A stretch of 64,000 nucleotides of DNA, taken from a virus. A program made the translations under genes and the position numbers. A model generated the notes under the pieces. That model was not told where the DNA came from and made no database searches. It saw only the letters and a list, made by a program, of their open reading frames with translations. Below are positions 41,383 through 51,575 of the stretch, one piece after another. The stretch lies in IMG/VR virus record IMGVR_UViG_3300050194_000017, positions 25,722-89,721 of that record; one strand, written 5' to 3'. Position 1 is the stretch's first letter; the number at the start of each line of letters is the position of its first letter.

Positions 41383-41596
41383 TTGTTACAAAATCGGCGG
41401 ACCTTGGATTGCCGAAGATCCAGAATGTCCAATTCATGGTCAGCGAGCTCAAAAAAATGAAAAAGAACAAGCAGAACGAGATACACAGTATCAAGAGAAG
41501 ATCGAATCATTGGAAGCGAGAGTTCTTGATCTGGAAGAGAAGTTGACTTTCATTGTTCTTTTGCAATCTATGATATCTGTATCAGATAATCCTTGA
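41375..41596 (+). CDS. Hypothetical protein with Cys motif and coiled coil
   Basis: RBS AAGGAG; MCDC...CPIH. Confidence 0.65.
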   Translation: MCDCYKIGGPWIAEDPECPIHGQRAQKNEKEQAERDTQYQEKIESLEARVLDLEEKLTFIVLLQSMISVSDNP

Positions 41597-41649
41597 TTTC
41601 TTTTGATCAATCTGGTAAAATTTTAAATCCTAACATTTTGGAGATTATT

Positions 41650-41862
41650 ATGGACGATAACGTTGTTCACTTGTTGATGAAAAAATATGAGAGAAAAGAA
41701 GAAGAAGCTCGTGCACAGGCTAATGCGTATGCAGTTTCTTACACAAAGACACTTGATGCAAAACATCGTGTTTGTTATGAAATTTATGAAAGCAAAGCCG
41801 AGTTGTGGAAGGAAGCCGGTCGTCTTCTCAGAACTGCTCGTTTTAGTTCAACTGTTGATTAA
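41650..41862 (+). CDS. Hypothetical protein
   Basis: RBS TGGAG-ATTATT-ATG. Confidence 0.6.
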   Translation: MDDNVVHLLMKKYERKEEEARAQANAYAVSYTKTLDAKHRVCYEIYESKAELWKEAGRLLRTARFSSTVD

Positions 41863-41874
41863 TTGGAGATTATC

Positions 41875-42342
41875 ATGAGTTCTGTAAAAATTGGTGATTT
41901 CATTCGTGTGAGTTCTGATGTTATTGATTCATATTCACATCTGGCAGGAGAAGAATTTGAAGTTGTGAAGGTTGTTCCTTCTGCTATTATTGTTGTTAAA
42001 TATTCTATTCGGTATGTTCTTTTGGATGGTGAATATGAATTGATCGATAAAAATATTGTAGAAGAAAAGATCGAACAGAAGGTTAGCCAAATCAGTCAAT
42101 CTTCTTTGGATATTTCAATCAACGCACTTAAATTGTCATTACGTCTTCTCGAAGAAGAATTCCGGAAAAACAAGCGATTGATTCGTGATATCAAGAAATC
42201 TGAATGGTGGGATGCTGTTTGTCAAGAAGCAAAGAACGCAATCAACAAAGATCATGCTCGTTTCTTTTCTAAGAATCGTGAAGATCGCAAGAAGATTGCG
42301 ATTGCTCTGAAAGAAATCAAGAATGCTAAGACTTTCAAGTGA
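41875..42342 (+). CDS. Hypothetical protein (small beta domain plus helical domain)
   Basis: RBS TGGAG. Confidence 0.7.
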   Translation: MSSVKIGDFIRVSSDVIDSYSHLAGEEFEVVKVVPSAIIVVKYSIRYVLLDGEYELIDKNIVEEKIEQKVSQISQSSLDISINALKLSLRLLEEEFRKNKRLIRDIKKSEWWDAVCQEAKNAINKDHARFFSKNREDRKKIAIALKEIKNAKTFK

Positions 42343-42429
42343 AATCTGCTTGACTCTCTGAAGAATCAATCATATAATTGAGACATGTTGTGATAGACAA
42401 CAAAACTTTTAACCTGATTGGAGATTATT

Positions 42430-43398
42430 ATGGCCCACGAATTGACACAACGAAAGAACGGTTTCATCGAATTTGCTGCTCTTGGCGAACGTAAGAATGT
42501 CTGGCACAAGCTTGGTCAATACCTTGAAGAAGGTGCTTCCATTGAAACTTGGAAGGAACAAGCTGGTATGGAATGGATGGTGAATTCTTCTCCTTTGATG
42601 TACAGCGGTAAGGCAGACATCATTGTTGATGATTCGAAGCAAATCTTGCATCGTTCAGATACCGAAGAACTCCTGGGCATTGTTTCGAAGGATTACAAGA
42701 TTGTTCATCCTGGCGAAGTTCTGGAATTCTTCCGTGACCTGACGGAACAGAATCAAATGAAGCTGTCTGCAGCTGGCACGTTGTTCGGTGGCAAGCGTTT
42801 CTGGGCTACTGCAGAAATGGGCAAGTCTGCTCATATTGTTGATGGTGATCGAATCGATGGTTTCCTTCTGTTGACTAGCTCGGCAGATGGTTCTGCTTCG
42901 ACTACAGCAAAGTTCGTTTCTACTCGTGTGGTTTGCAATAATACGCTGCAGATTGCAATGAACGAAAAGGCCCGTAACGCTATCAAGATCACACACGCAA
43001 GCACATTTGATCCCAAGGAAGTCAAGATTGATTTGGGTCTTCTGGATGTTGCATGGGATAGCTTTATCGGCAACCTGAAGACGCTGGCTTCGAAGAAGGT
43101 TTCTGATGATCTGGCTCAACAATTCTTTGCCAAGCTGATCACACCTGATAACTCTGCTATTGATATGGAACTGTTGAAGACTCAACGTCATGTTGATGCT
43201 CTGATGCATTTTTACCGTTCAGGTGCGGGTGCTGAGTTCAGCTATGGTACGCAGTATGGTCTGCTCAACGCAGCTACTGAACTGTGGACTCATGGTACGG
43301 GCAAGACCGATGCATCCAAGCAGTTCGAAAGTTCCGAATTCAAGGATGGTTCGAAGATGAAGACTTTGGCTATGAACCGTCTGCTGGCTTTGGTATAA
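42430..43398 (+). CDS. DUF932-family phage/plasmid protein
   Basis: MAHEL...WHKLG...LGIVSKDYKIVHP...AGTLFGGKRFW...SADGS...RVVCNNTL. Confidence 0.85.
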   Translation: MAHELTQRKNGFIEFAALGERKNVWHKLGQYLEEGASIETWKEQAGMEWMVNSSPLMYSGKADIIVDDSKQILHRSDTEELLGIVSKDYKIVHPGEVLEFFRDLTEQNQMKLSAAGTLFGGKRFWATAEMGKSAHIVDGDRIDGFLLLTSSADGSASTTAKFVSTRVVCNNTLQIAMNEKARNAIKITHASTFDPKEVKIDLGLLDVAWDSFIGNLKTLASKKVSDDLAQQFFAKLITPDNSAIDMELLKTQRHVDALMHFYRSGAGAEFSYGTQYGLLNAATELWTHGTGKTDASKQFESSEFKDGSKMKTLAMNRLLALV

Positions 43399-43497
43399 GA
43401 ATAGAGGGGACTTCTTTCAAAGTTCCCCAATTTCGTATTGATTCTTTTGGAAAACTTCTGTATAATCAATTTATTGGTTAACGAAGAGGAGATTGAG

Positions 43498-43680
43498 ATG
43501 ACATACGTTAAAGCTGAAGAAGGCAATACATTCACAAAGAATGATCGACAATTTGTCTTCTTGATGATTGCCAATGATACACTGAAAATCTTTTCTGTTG
43601 GTTCTTACAATCGTTACAGCGACGTAGAATATCGTCTGTTCCAGATGGTCGACATCGATGCTCTCTTCAACACAAAATGA
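43498..43680 (+). CDS. Hypothetical protein
   Basis: RBS GAGGAG before ATG 43498. Confidence 0.6.
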   Translation: MTYVKAEEGNTFTKNDRQFVFLMIANDTLKIFSVGSYNRYSDVEYRLFQMVDIDALFNTK

Positions 43681-44180
43681 AAGAATTGAAAATGATCAAA
43701 ATCACAAACTATCCAGGCAAATTTACTCGAGAATTTTTGCTGAAATCACAAAAAGATCTTGGTGAGATTTTCCTTTATGAAGGAACATCTGGCACTATGG
43801 GATTTTATCATATATACAGCATCCATCATTCCAAAATCGGTGCATTCGACAAATACGTGAAAGAAAATATGAAGATCCCACATCCACATGCTGATCTGAT
43901 GATCGCTTTTGCCAAAGATTCTTCTTTGGAATTTGAAAATTCTATCGATGGCCGTCGTTGGACACTTTGTAAGAATCCTTCTTGGCTTCCAGGTACGAAA
44001 TATCGTATCAAGAAGAATTATGTGAAACATTATCAGGTTGTTTTGTTCAATACATCAACTCAACATGCATTCATTTCAGATGATCGATTTATTTCTTTGG
44101 AAGTTGCTCGAAAATTTTACGAAGATCATATTAAGGTTCTATATCTTATTGAAGAATCCGGTTTCGATGTTGAGGTGTAA
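43677..44180 (+). CDS. Hypothetical protein
   Basis: PHPHADLMIAFA...W...P.W.P...YRIK motif common in phage hypotheticals. Confidence 0.7.
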   Translation: MKELKMIKITNYPGKFTREFLLKSQKDLGEIFLYEGTSGTMGFYHIYSIHHSKIGAFDKYVKENMKIPHPHADLMIAFAKDSSLEFENSIDGRRWTLCKNPSWLPGTKYRIKKNYVKHYQVVLFNTSTQHAFISDDRFISLEVARKFYEDHIKVLYLIEESGFDVEV

Positions 44181-44182
44181 TC

Positions 44183-44419
44183 ATGAAACTCTATTGCATT
44201 GTATGTGAAATTGAAGTACTCAATCAAACAGCAGGATGTCCTGAATGTGGTCGTCTTTCGACAACATCAGTTAAGCCAATAGATGTGACGCGTCAAGAAT
44301 CTAATTTGTATGCAATTCGAGCGTCGAAGGATTATGTTCCAGAATTTCCACCAAGTCGACTGATTGATGATTCTGTTGAAGGATGTGTTAGCGCATATAA
44401 CGCTATAAGGAGATGGTGA
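44183..44419 (+). CDS. Zn-ribbon hypothetical protein
   Basis: CIVC...CPECG. Confidence 0.6.
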   Translation: MKLYCIVCEIEVLNQTAGCPECGRLSTTSVKPIDVTRQESNLYAIRASKDYVPEFPPSRLIDDSVEGCVSAYNAIRRW

Positions 44420-44420
44420 T

Positions 44421-44753
44421 ATGTCACTGGATGATTCGATCAAAGATGCATTCAAATACGCTTTTGAAGAGGGATACTTCTCAAAATCAACATACAACGA
44501 TGTAGATGTTGGTTCGTGTGAAGAGTCTTGGGAATCATCTGAAGCAAAAGAAAAATCCGATAGAATGAAAGTCTTCGGATGGGCGATAGTTGATAAGGAT
44601 GGATCGGAATACAAAATTCGTCCAAAAATCCATAACTTCTTTGGTGCTGTAATGGAAAGAGAGTCTTATACTTCAGAAGACATCAAGAAAGCTAATCAAG
44701 AATTTCCTGGATGTGCTCCTCATAAAATTATCACACTCTACACAGATAGTTGA
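44421..44753 (+). CDS. Hypothetical protein
   Basis: RBS AAGGAG. Confidence 0.65.
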   Translation: MSLDDSIKDAFKYAFEEGYFSKSTYNDVDVGSCEESWESSEAKEKSDRMKVFGWAIVDKDGSEYKIRPKIHNFFGAVMERESYTSEDIKKANQEFPGCAPHKIITLYTDS

Positions 44754-44807
44754 CTTTACATCTTCTGTAGATCATTGTATAATCAATAAATTGAACATGG
44801 ATACAAA

Positions 44808-47174
44808 ATGAAACAACATACAATCGTTCTACTCGTTGGTCCTTCTTGTTGCGGAAAGACAACGTTTGCCAAGAAGATCCAAGCAGCAATCGTCGAAGAA
44901 AATCTGAAATGTGTGATCATTTCATCAGATGACATTCGACGTGATCTGCTTTGCGACAATGAGATTCATAAGCTCGATGCATCGATGTCTTCTGTATCAG
45001 CCGAAGCCCATCATATCCTGAAGACAAAGGTTGATTTTCACTCGAAGTTTCCTATCAATACGGATGTCATCATCGTTGATACGACTGGATTGTCTGCTCA
45101 TTTCCGTGAAGAAATGATCGAGATTGCAAAGAAGAATCATTACAACATTGATATGTTCGTGTTTGATTATCCTCGTTCTGATCTCGAAGGATTTGTTGCT
45201 TTGAATCACGGCGACATGTATGTTACTGGTCATCAAATGAAACGCCTCCGCGAAGAGGTTATGCCCAATCTAAATCGCAAGGCATATGGAATGGTTCAAA
45301 TTTTCAAGAAGCCAGAAGATGCTGTTGCTTGGATTCCTACTATCGAGAATCGTGATGTTGTCATTCAAGCAAATGAAGATGATAAGATCGTCGTCATCGG
45401 AGATGTGCATGAATGTGTCGATGAGCTAGTTGCTCTGTTTGATAAAATTCCAACTAACGTCAATCATATCGCTCTTCTAGGGGATATCGTTGATAAAGCT
45501 GAAGACACAGAACGTCTGATCAACTTGATTTTTGATATGACAAAGAGTCAGAAGAATTACGATTTCTTCTTGATTCGAGGAAATCATGAACGATATGTTT
45601 ACAAGCGACTGAAGGGGATTCTTGCTCCCAACGAAAAGCTTGACAATGAATTCTTCCAATCATTCAAAGTGCTTTCTGTAGATGAAAATCTTCGAGAAAA
45701 GTTCTTCTTCCTGTATGAAAATGTGATGGTGGATCATCTGAAGTTTATTCGTGGACGAGAAAAAGCTATTATTCTGACTCATGCTCCTTGCTCCAATGTT
45801 CATCTGGGAAAGCATGACAGCAAGTCATCTGGTAAACAGATCAACTTCTACTTCACTTCTCGTGATCAAGAAAAGATGCTCGATGAACTGAAATTCATCG
45901 AAGATGAAGCAGATAGCAATCATCCTTGGCATCTGTTTGGTCATGTTGCTCATGATGGTCGTCAACCTAAGATGATCAAGAACAAGATCTTCATGGATAC
46001 TGGCTGTGTTCATGGCGGGAAACTGTCTGCCGCAGTATTCAATGGTCGTCATGTTGATTTCATCACAGTTGATTCCAAACGTGAAGTTCATGGTTTGATT
46101 TCTCTGGAAAAGAAAGAAACGAAACTGGAGAAGATTGTTCGTTCTGATATCAATCTTTCCGAAGAAGATCAACGATCGGTAGATAAAATTGCAAAGAGCG
46201 GAGCGAAGTTCATTTCCGGGACAATGGCTCCTGCTCCTTCAAAAGATATGGATATCGAGTCTCTGGAAGCTGCTGTTTCATATTTCAAGGAACGAGTGAC
46301 AGATGTTGTAATTCAACCGAAATATATGGGATCTCGTTGTCAATTTTATCTCTACAAGGATCGAGCAAAGAACTTTGCAACTTCCAGGAATGGATTCAAA
46401 ATCAAGATTGATAAACTTCAAGAATACATGGATGTGTATCAAACATGGATCGAGAAGTCTATCAAATTTGAAGATGAGTTGATTTTGGATGGAGAACTTC
46501 TTCCTTGGTCAGCACTCGGTAAAGGTCTGATTGATGGTGCTTTTGGTCAATATCAAAGCGCTATCAGTTGGACTCTAGATAACCTGAGTCTCGATGAAAC
46601 TTTTGCTGGATTTGATATTTGCAAGAAACTGAACATCACAGAGCAACAAAACAATCTTGTTCAGTTTCAGGAACAGCTTGCTCTATATGGCCAAGATCGT
46701 CATCTGGAATATAAAGCATTCGACATCCTTTCTATTGATGGGAAGATTGTTGCTGGTAAGCAAAATGATACGAGCTTCTTTGTGTTGAATTCAGATAAGA
46801 CTTTGAAGATTAATCTGAACGAACCAGATGCACTTTTCCGTATTCAGAATTTCTTTGATGTGCTTGTTTTTGATAAGGGATTTGAAGGTATTGTGATCAA
46901 GCCTGTTTCTTATGATTCGAGCAAGAATTGTGTTCCTTACATGAAAGTCCGCAACAAAGAATATCTGCGTCTTGTGTATGGTTTCAACTATGCATCGCGC
47001 TTGTCCGAACTATGCAAGCAAAAGAATACTCGTGGAAAGATGAACTTGTCGATTGATGAATTTGAACTTGGTCAGGCTATTCTTGCTGAGAAGGATGATG
47101 TAAAGCGTAAGCATCTGATTTCTGCGATGTTCGGTAAGATCGCTAAAGAACGCACTTTGGATCCACGTCTGTGA
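44808..47174 (+). CDS. pnkp: Bacterial-type Pnkp (5'-kinase / 2',3'-phosphatase / adenylyltransferase-ligase)
   Basis: GPSCCGKTT kinase; GDVHE, GDIVD, GNHE, FGH, DTGCVHGG phosphoesterase; QPKYMGSR, DGELLPW, EGIVIKP, KVRNKEYLRLVYG ligase motifs. Confidence 0.88.
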   Translation: MKQHTIVLLVGPSCCGKTTFAKKIQAAIVEENLKCVIISSDDIRRDLLCDNEIHKLDASMSSVSAEAHHILKTKVDFHSKFPINTDVIIVDTTGLSAHFREEMIEIAKKNHYNIDMFVFDYPRSDLEGFVALNHGDMYVTGHQMKRLREEVMPNLNRKAYGMVQIFKKPEDAVAWIPTIENRDVVIQANEDDKIVVIGDVHECVDELVALFDKIPTNVNHIALLGDIVDKAEDTERLINLIFDMTKSQKNYDFFLIRGNHERYVYKRLKGILAPNEKLDNEFFQSFKVLSVDENLREKFFFLYENVMVDHLKFIRGREKAIILTHAPCSNVHLGKHDSKSSGKQINFYFTSRDQEKMLDELKFIEDEADSNHPWHLFGHVAHDGRQPKMIKNKIFMDTGCVHGGKLSAAVFNGRHVDFITVDSKREVHGLISLEKKETKLEKIVRSDINLSEEDQRSVDKIAKSGAKFISGTMAPAPSKDMDIESLEAAVSYFKERVTDVVIQPKYMGSRCQFYLYKDRAKNFATSRNGFKIKIDKLQEYMDVYQTWIEKSIKFEDELILDGELLPWSALGKGLIDGAFGQYQSAISWTLDNLSLDETFAGFDICKKLNITEQQNNLVQFQEQLALYGQDRHLEYKAFDILSIDGKIVAGKQNDTSFFVLNSDKTLKINLNEPDALFRIQNFFDVLVFDKGFEGIVIKPVSYDSSKNCVPYMKVRNKEYLRLVYGFNYASRLSELCKQKNTRGKMNLSIDEFELGQAILAEKDDVKRKHLISAMFGKIAKERTLDPRL

Positions 47175-47184
47175 AGGAACTTTT

Positions 47185-47415
47185 ATGATTTATTTTTATG
47201 GAATTTTATACATCATCTTTGCTATTAGTTGTTCTATAGCAACGTATGGAATGCTTTATGCTTATTGGACTAGCTTTGCGCAATATGATTATGATCTAAC
47301 ATACATCAAGGCTGTTTGTGTATGGATGGCTTTTGTAATTTTGGTCGCACCAATTTTGATTATTCTTCCTATAGTAGAAACAGAATTCGTAAAATACGGT
47401 TTTAAATACAAATGA
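47185..47415 (+). CDS. Small membrane protein
   Basis: Two hydrophobic helices. Confidence 0.6.
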   Translation: MIYFYGILYIIFAISCSIATYGMLYAYWTSFAQYDYDLTYIKAVCVWMAFVILVAPILIILPIVETEFVKYGFKYK

Positions 47416-47498
47416 ATACACAGATACCAATTCTGTGAAACAATTGAACCTAGAAGGTTCTCGTAAGTCCTAGAAGTACAATAATAAGAAGGAACTAC

Positions 47499-48995
47499 AT
47501 GGAATGTAATCACTGTGGAAGCACGAACATTAGATCAGCTGGTGTTCTTATCAGAGGCAAGGACCTCGTTCGTTATCGTCAATATGTTTGTTCGGACTGC
47601 GGTCGCCGAGATGAGTATGCAGAAGGCGTGAAGAATGTAGGGCATTCGGTTCAGGGTAAGAAATCGCGATATGTCGTGACTTCCGCTTTGAATAACAAGT
47701 CGATTGATAAGAATTTCTTGAAAGTTCTGGAATCATACTGCAAAGCTATCAATGCTACTCTTCTTGTCATTCCTGTTCGTTACATCAACGAGATGCAAGG
47801 CGAAGAGGTTTGGTATCCAGAAGAAATCCATGATTATTTGATCGAAGATAATTTGACAATCCCAGATGCAAAATGTAAGATTTTAGGTGGACTTCGGATT
47901 TCTGCAACTGCTGAAAATCCTCTTTCTGGAATTGATCCAATGTCCAAAGGAGATTCTCTTATCATTGGACATCCTCAGGTTCAGATGAGAACACTTCCGG
48001 TTATCTCTGGAAATGCTCCTATTCTCTGGACAACAGGAACAGTTTCTGAAAGTGCTTATTCGGATACAAAGTTAGGATATAAAGCAACATTTAATCACTC
48101 GCAATCTGCTCTTTTCGTTGATTTTTCTGATGGAACGCTTCATATCCGAAATCTAAACTATGATGGAAAAGGTTTCAATGATCTGGGCTGGCGATATGAA
48201 TCCGCCATCCTAGCTAAACAAGAAAATATTCATGCTCTAGTAACAGGAGATGAACATGCAATGTTTGCAGACAATGGAGTAAAGAATGCAACGTATCTTG
48301 ATTGGCATTCGATCGTAAAAATTCTGAAGCCATCGTATATCGTTCGACATGATGTCTTAGATTCATACTCTATCAGTCATCATGATAAAGGGAACTTCAT
48401 CAATCGTTTTAGAAAGCATGTAACTGGATTTGATAGCTTGACAGATGAGCTAGAGATCACAAGAAAGCATATCGAAGAAACAACTCCGTTCGGAGCTATC
48501 AATGTAATCGTATCAAGCAACCATAACGATCATCTCATCAAATGGTTGAACGAATGCGATCCAAAGCAAGATCCAGAAAATGCAATTCTTTATCATGAAC
48601 TGATGTATCATGTTCTTTGCTTAATTCGAGATGGAGCAGGAACAGTTGATCCATTCCAAATCTGGATGAAGTTGAATTCTAGCTTGAATGATGTGATTTA
48701 TACACATCGAGAATCAATCAAGATATTTGATATCGAAATCGGATTGCATGGCGATAAAGGATCAAATGGAAGTCGAGGTACTAGATCATCGTTTGCTAAG
48801 CTTCCAGAAAAATGTATCGTTGGCCATAGCCATTCTCCTGGGTGGGAAAAGGGATGTGTTCAAGTAGGAACTTCTGGAATTCTTGATGTTGGCTATGCCA
48901 AAGGTTCTCCGTCATCGTGGCGTCATTGTCATTGTATCATTCACAAGAATGGAAAGCGACAGATCGTTTTTGTAACAGATGGTAAGTGGAGATAA
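47499..48995 (+). CDS. Zn-ribbon plus metallophosphoesterase protein, T5 A1-like
   Basis: CNHC...CSDC; YVVTSALNN, GHPQVQ, GDEH, HD, SNHNDH, HGDKG.NG.RG, GHSH, GTS. Confidence 0.6.
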   Translation: MECNHCGSTNIRSAGVLIRGKDLVRYRQYVCSDCGRRDEYAEGVKNVGHSVQGKKSRYVVTSALNNKSIDKNFLKVLESYCKAINATLLVIPVRYINEMQGEEVWYPEEIHDYLIEDNLTIPDAKCKILGGLRISATAENPLSGIDPMSKGDSLIIGHPQVQMRTLPVISGNAPILWTTGTVSESAYSDTKLGYKATFNHSQSALFVDFSDGTLHIRNLNYDGKGFNDLGWRYESAILAKQENIHALVTGDEHAMFADNGVKNATYLDWHSIVKILKPSYIVRHDVLDSYSISHHDKGNFINRFRKHVTGFDSLTDELEITRKHIEETTPFGAINVIVSSNHNDHLIKWLNECDPKQDPENAILYHELMYHVLCLIRDGAGTVDPFQIWMKLNSSLNDVIYTHRESIKIFDIEIGLHGDKGSNGSRGTRSSFAKLPEKCIVGHSHSPGWEKGCVQVGTSGILDVGYAKGSPSSWRHCHCIIHKNGKRQIVFVTDGKWR

Positions 48996-49008
48996 CCAAC
49001 TAATCTAC

Positions 49009-49030
49009 AAGGGCTTCGAAAGAAGCCTTT
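49009..49030 (+). terminator. Terminator hairpin overlapping the next promoter
   Basis: AAGGGCTTC-GAAA-GAAGCCTTT followed by a T-rich tract. Confidence 0.65.
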
Positions 49031-49106
49031 ACTTTTTGTTGAATTGATGTCATAATAGAGATGTTGTGAAAATGATTGTAAACAAACCTTACTTTTGGAG
49101 ATTATT

Positions 49107-49301
49107 ATGAAGAATCAACGTGGTTATGCTACCGAATTGATTGTCGTTACCATTTGGCTTGCTTTTGTTGGTGGTTGGATTGCAAACATCTATAAGCTTG
49201 CTAGTTCGAATTTTGAATTTGTTCATATGACACTGTTTCAACTTCTTCGAATCATTGGTATCTGTGTTGCTCCTCTTGGTGCTGTTCTTGGTTTCATGTA
49301 A
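49107..49301 (+). CDS. Small membrane protein
   Basis: GWIANIYKL...LRIIGICVAPLGAVLG. Confidence 0.7.
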   Translation: MKNQRGYATELIVVTIWLAFVGGWIANIYKLASSNFEFVHMTLFQLLRIIGICVAPLGAVLGFM

Positions 49302-49312
49302 GGATTTATATC

Positions 49313-49483
49313 ATGCTTCCAATCTTTTCCGTTATCACATGTTTGAGTTCTGGAATTCTTTTTGATACAAAATATCACAATACAGCAATTGCTTTTGCTG
49401 TAATAACAGGAGTTACTTTGTTCTGGATGGCTCTTTGTTATTTGAACAATGAAAAATTTGACGGTACTCCTAAAAATCGATAA
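49313..49483 (+). CDS. Small membrane protein (not in ORF track)
   Basis: RBS AAGGA; 56 aa, hydrophobic. Confidence 0.55.
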   Translation: MLPIFSVITCLSSGILFDTKYHNTAIAFAVITGVTLFWMALCYLNNEKFDGTPKNR

Positions 49484-49497
49484 TTGAAGGAAATATC

Positions 49498-49926
49498 ATG
49501 CAATATTGGAAAGTATATCTAGCAAAAGCTTTTGAAGAAGCAAACATCAATAAAAACGACAGTCTTCCTATTGTTCGAGAGTCCTACCGAGCAATGACAA
49601 AATCTGGAGATGTTCTTAATACAGATGTGAAAACTGAAGCAGATAAGTTTGCAGGCAGAGCAGGGTTTGTTGCTACCATCAAAAATGAAGAAGACAAAAA
49701 GGCACTTCAAGAATATTGGGATGTTCGTACACATGCTGAAGTTAAAGCGCAAATTGCTTGGTATGAAGATCTTCGGGAAGAAAACAAACATTATAACGAA
49801 GGTATTTTCAATCTGATCTATAGTCGAGCATATGACAGAGGCCATAGTTCTGGTTATGATGCTGTTGCTATTGAATTTGACGATATCGCAAATTTTGCCT
49901 ATGACATCCTGGCTGCAGCAAAATGA
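49498..49926 (+). CDS. Hypothetical protein
   Basis: RBS GAAGGA; IYSRAYDRGHSSGY motif. Confidence 0.7.
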   Translation: MQYWKVYLAKAFEEANINKNDSLPIVRESYRAMTKSGDVLNTDVKTEADKFAGRAGFVATIKNEEDKKALQEYWDVRTHAEVKAQIAWYEDLREENKHYNEGIFNLIYSRAYDRGHSSGYDAVAIEFDDIANFAYDILAAAK

Positions 49927-50297
49927 AAATTCTTATTTTATTTGCATTGTTCGTTACAAAGCATTTTATTGTTGATTTTGTTCTTCAGAAGCCATATCAA
50001 TGGATGAACAAAGGAAATTATGGACATCCAGGTGGAATTCTTCATGCTGTCCTTCATGGCATCGGAACATGGGCTATCTTGAATTCTTCGCACATTCCGG
50101 TTGATCTTATCATAGAGTTGTGCTGTATGGATATCATTGTCCATTATCACATCGACTGGGCAAAGATGAACATCAACAAGAAAATGGGATGGGCATCGAA
50201 CACGCACGAAGAATTTTGGATTTTGACTGGATTTGATCAATTCTTGCATTACATGACATACATCTTGATTTTGTATTTTGTCATTGACAAGATTTGA
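49923..50297 (+). CDS. DUF3307-like membrane protein
   Basis: KHFIVDFVLQ...HAVLHG...HYHIDWAK...GFDQFLH. Confidence 0.7.
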   Translation: MKILILFALFVTKHFIVDFVLQKPYQWMNKGNYGHPGGILHAVLHGIGTWAILNSSHIPVDLIIELCCMDIIVHYHIDWAKMNINKKMGWASNTHEEFWILTGFDQFLHYMTYILILYFVIDKI

Positions 50298-50334
50298 CAT
50301 TGTTTGTATAATCTGTTCATAGAGGAGATTAACT

Positions 50335-50652
50335 ATGACGTATAAACTTTTTATCGATGACGAAAGATTTCCAGTTGATGATTCTTGGGTAATTGTTCGA
50401 ACTTCTGAAGAAGCGATCCAACACGTCAAAGAAAACGGAATGCCAATCTACATCTCGTTCGATCACGATTTAGGTGGAGATGATACATCAGTGAAATTCA
50501 TTTGGTGGATGATTGATTTATTTCTAGATGGCAACATTGAGATATCAAAAGATTTCGATTTCTATGTTCATTCTCAAAATCCAATTGGTGCTGAAAATAT
50601 TCGGAAGCTTATGCAAGGCTTTTTAATGCATTATTGTAAGGAAATATCATGA
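50335..50652 (+). CDS. Stand-alone receiver-like domain of the cyclic-phosphate-processing type
   Basis: KLFIDDER.P...IVRTSEEAI...ISFDHDLG...VHSQNPIGA. Confidence 0.65.
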   Translation: MTYKLFIDDERFPVDDSWVIVRTSEEAIQHVKENGMPIYISFDHDLGGDDTSVKFIWWMIDLFLDGNIEISKDFDFYVHSQNPIGAENIRKLMQGFLMHYCKEIS

Positions 50653-50855
50653 AATGTCCACATTGTGAATATAAGAACGGCTGGTCTCCAGAAAAATTAG
50701 ATGTTGTTCGAGGAGAACACGGCGAATTCTATGAAGTGAGCAACGATATAAAGATGGAACGAGAAGATAAAGGATCGTATCATCGAAGAACAGAAACTCG
50801 CAGTTTAATTGGATGTCCATCATGTAATAAGATTTTCATGGGCGAGTCATGCTAA
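50649..50855 (+). CDS. Zn-ribbon hypothetical protein
   Basis: CPHC...CPSC. Confidence 0.65.
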   Translation: MKCPHCEYKNGWSPEKLDVVRGEHGEFYEVSNDIKMEREDKGSYHRRTETRSLIGCPSCNKIFMGESC

Positions 50856-51091
50856 ATTGTCCATTTTGTGGTAAAATTCCATACATGGAAGGCGATGATA
50901 CTCTTTATCCGACATCTCGTTGGAGAGAAGATCGCGGATTTCGCCATTACATTCTTCCAGATGATCAAAGAGAAGAACACGGAAGGCATTGGACTATGCA
51001 TTGTCCGACTGTTTATGGTGGATGTGGTGCTGAAGTCGGAGGCGATTCCAAAGAAGAAGCAATTGCTGCTTGGAATCGAAGATCAATCTAA
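50849..51091 (+). CDS. Lar-like (restriction alleviation) Zn-ribbon protein
   Basis: CPFCG...C...GCGAE...SKEEAIAAWNRR. Confidence 0.65.
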   Translation: MLNCPFCGKIPYMEGDDTLYPTSRWREDRGFRHYILPDDQREEHGRHWTMHCPTVYGGCGAEVGGDSKEEAIAAWNRRSI

Positions 51092-51103
51092 AGAAAGAAT
51101 TTC

Positions 51104-51325
51104 GTGGTTTATATCTTACTGTTTCTGTATGCTTTTCCAGCAATTGTCAATGCAATCTTTATCTATTTTGAGATCAGAAAGACTGGATTGAAATTATCCG
51201 ATGCATGGGTTCCTCTAGCTGTAATTCCGATCCCATTCTTGAATATTATCTGTATGTTCGTTATGCTGAATGAATATGCTGAAAACAACGATCGCATGAT
51301 CATCAAACCATGGAGCAAGAAATGA
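51104..51325 (+). CDS. Small membrane protein
   Basis: Hydrophobic segments; IPFLNI motif. Confidence 0.55.
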   Translation: MVYILLFLYAFPAIVNAIFIYFEIRKTGLKLSDAWVPLAVIPIPFLNIICMFVMLNEYAENNDRMIIKPWSKK

Positions 51326-51555
51326 CATTCTATCTTTTTTATCTTTTTTATCTTTTCCCTGCACTTGTTATTGCAATTTTGCACATCAATCTTTTCTATC
51401 AAAGTAAATCAATGTCGGTCGAGTGTGGTAAGTTCAGTACGTTCAAAGTAACGCCATTGATAGCAGCAATTGCATCGCTTACTCCGATTGTCAACATTGC
51501 TACGACAGTTGCTATCTTGACAATTGCGATTAAACAATGGTACAATAAGAAATAA
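51322..51555 (+). CDS. Small membrane protein
   Basis: Hydrophobic segments; TPIVNI motif; similar to the previous gene. Confidence 0.55.
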   Translation: MTFYLFYLFYLFPALVIAILHINLFYQSKSMSVECGKFSTFKVTPLIAAIASLTPIVNIATTVAILTIAIKQWYNKK

Positions 51556-51575
51556 ACCAAACGAAGGAATACAAA

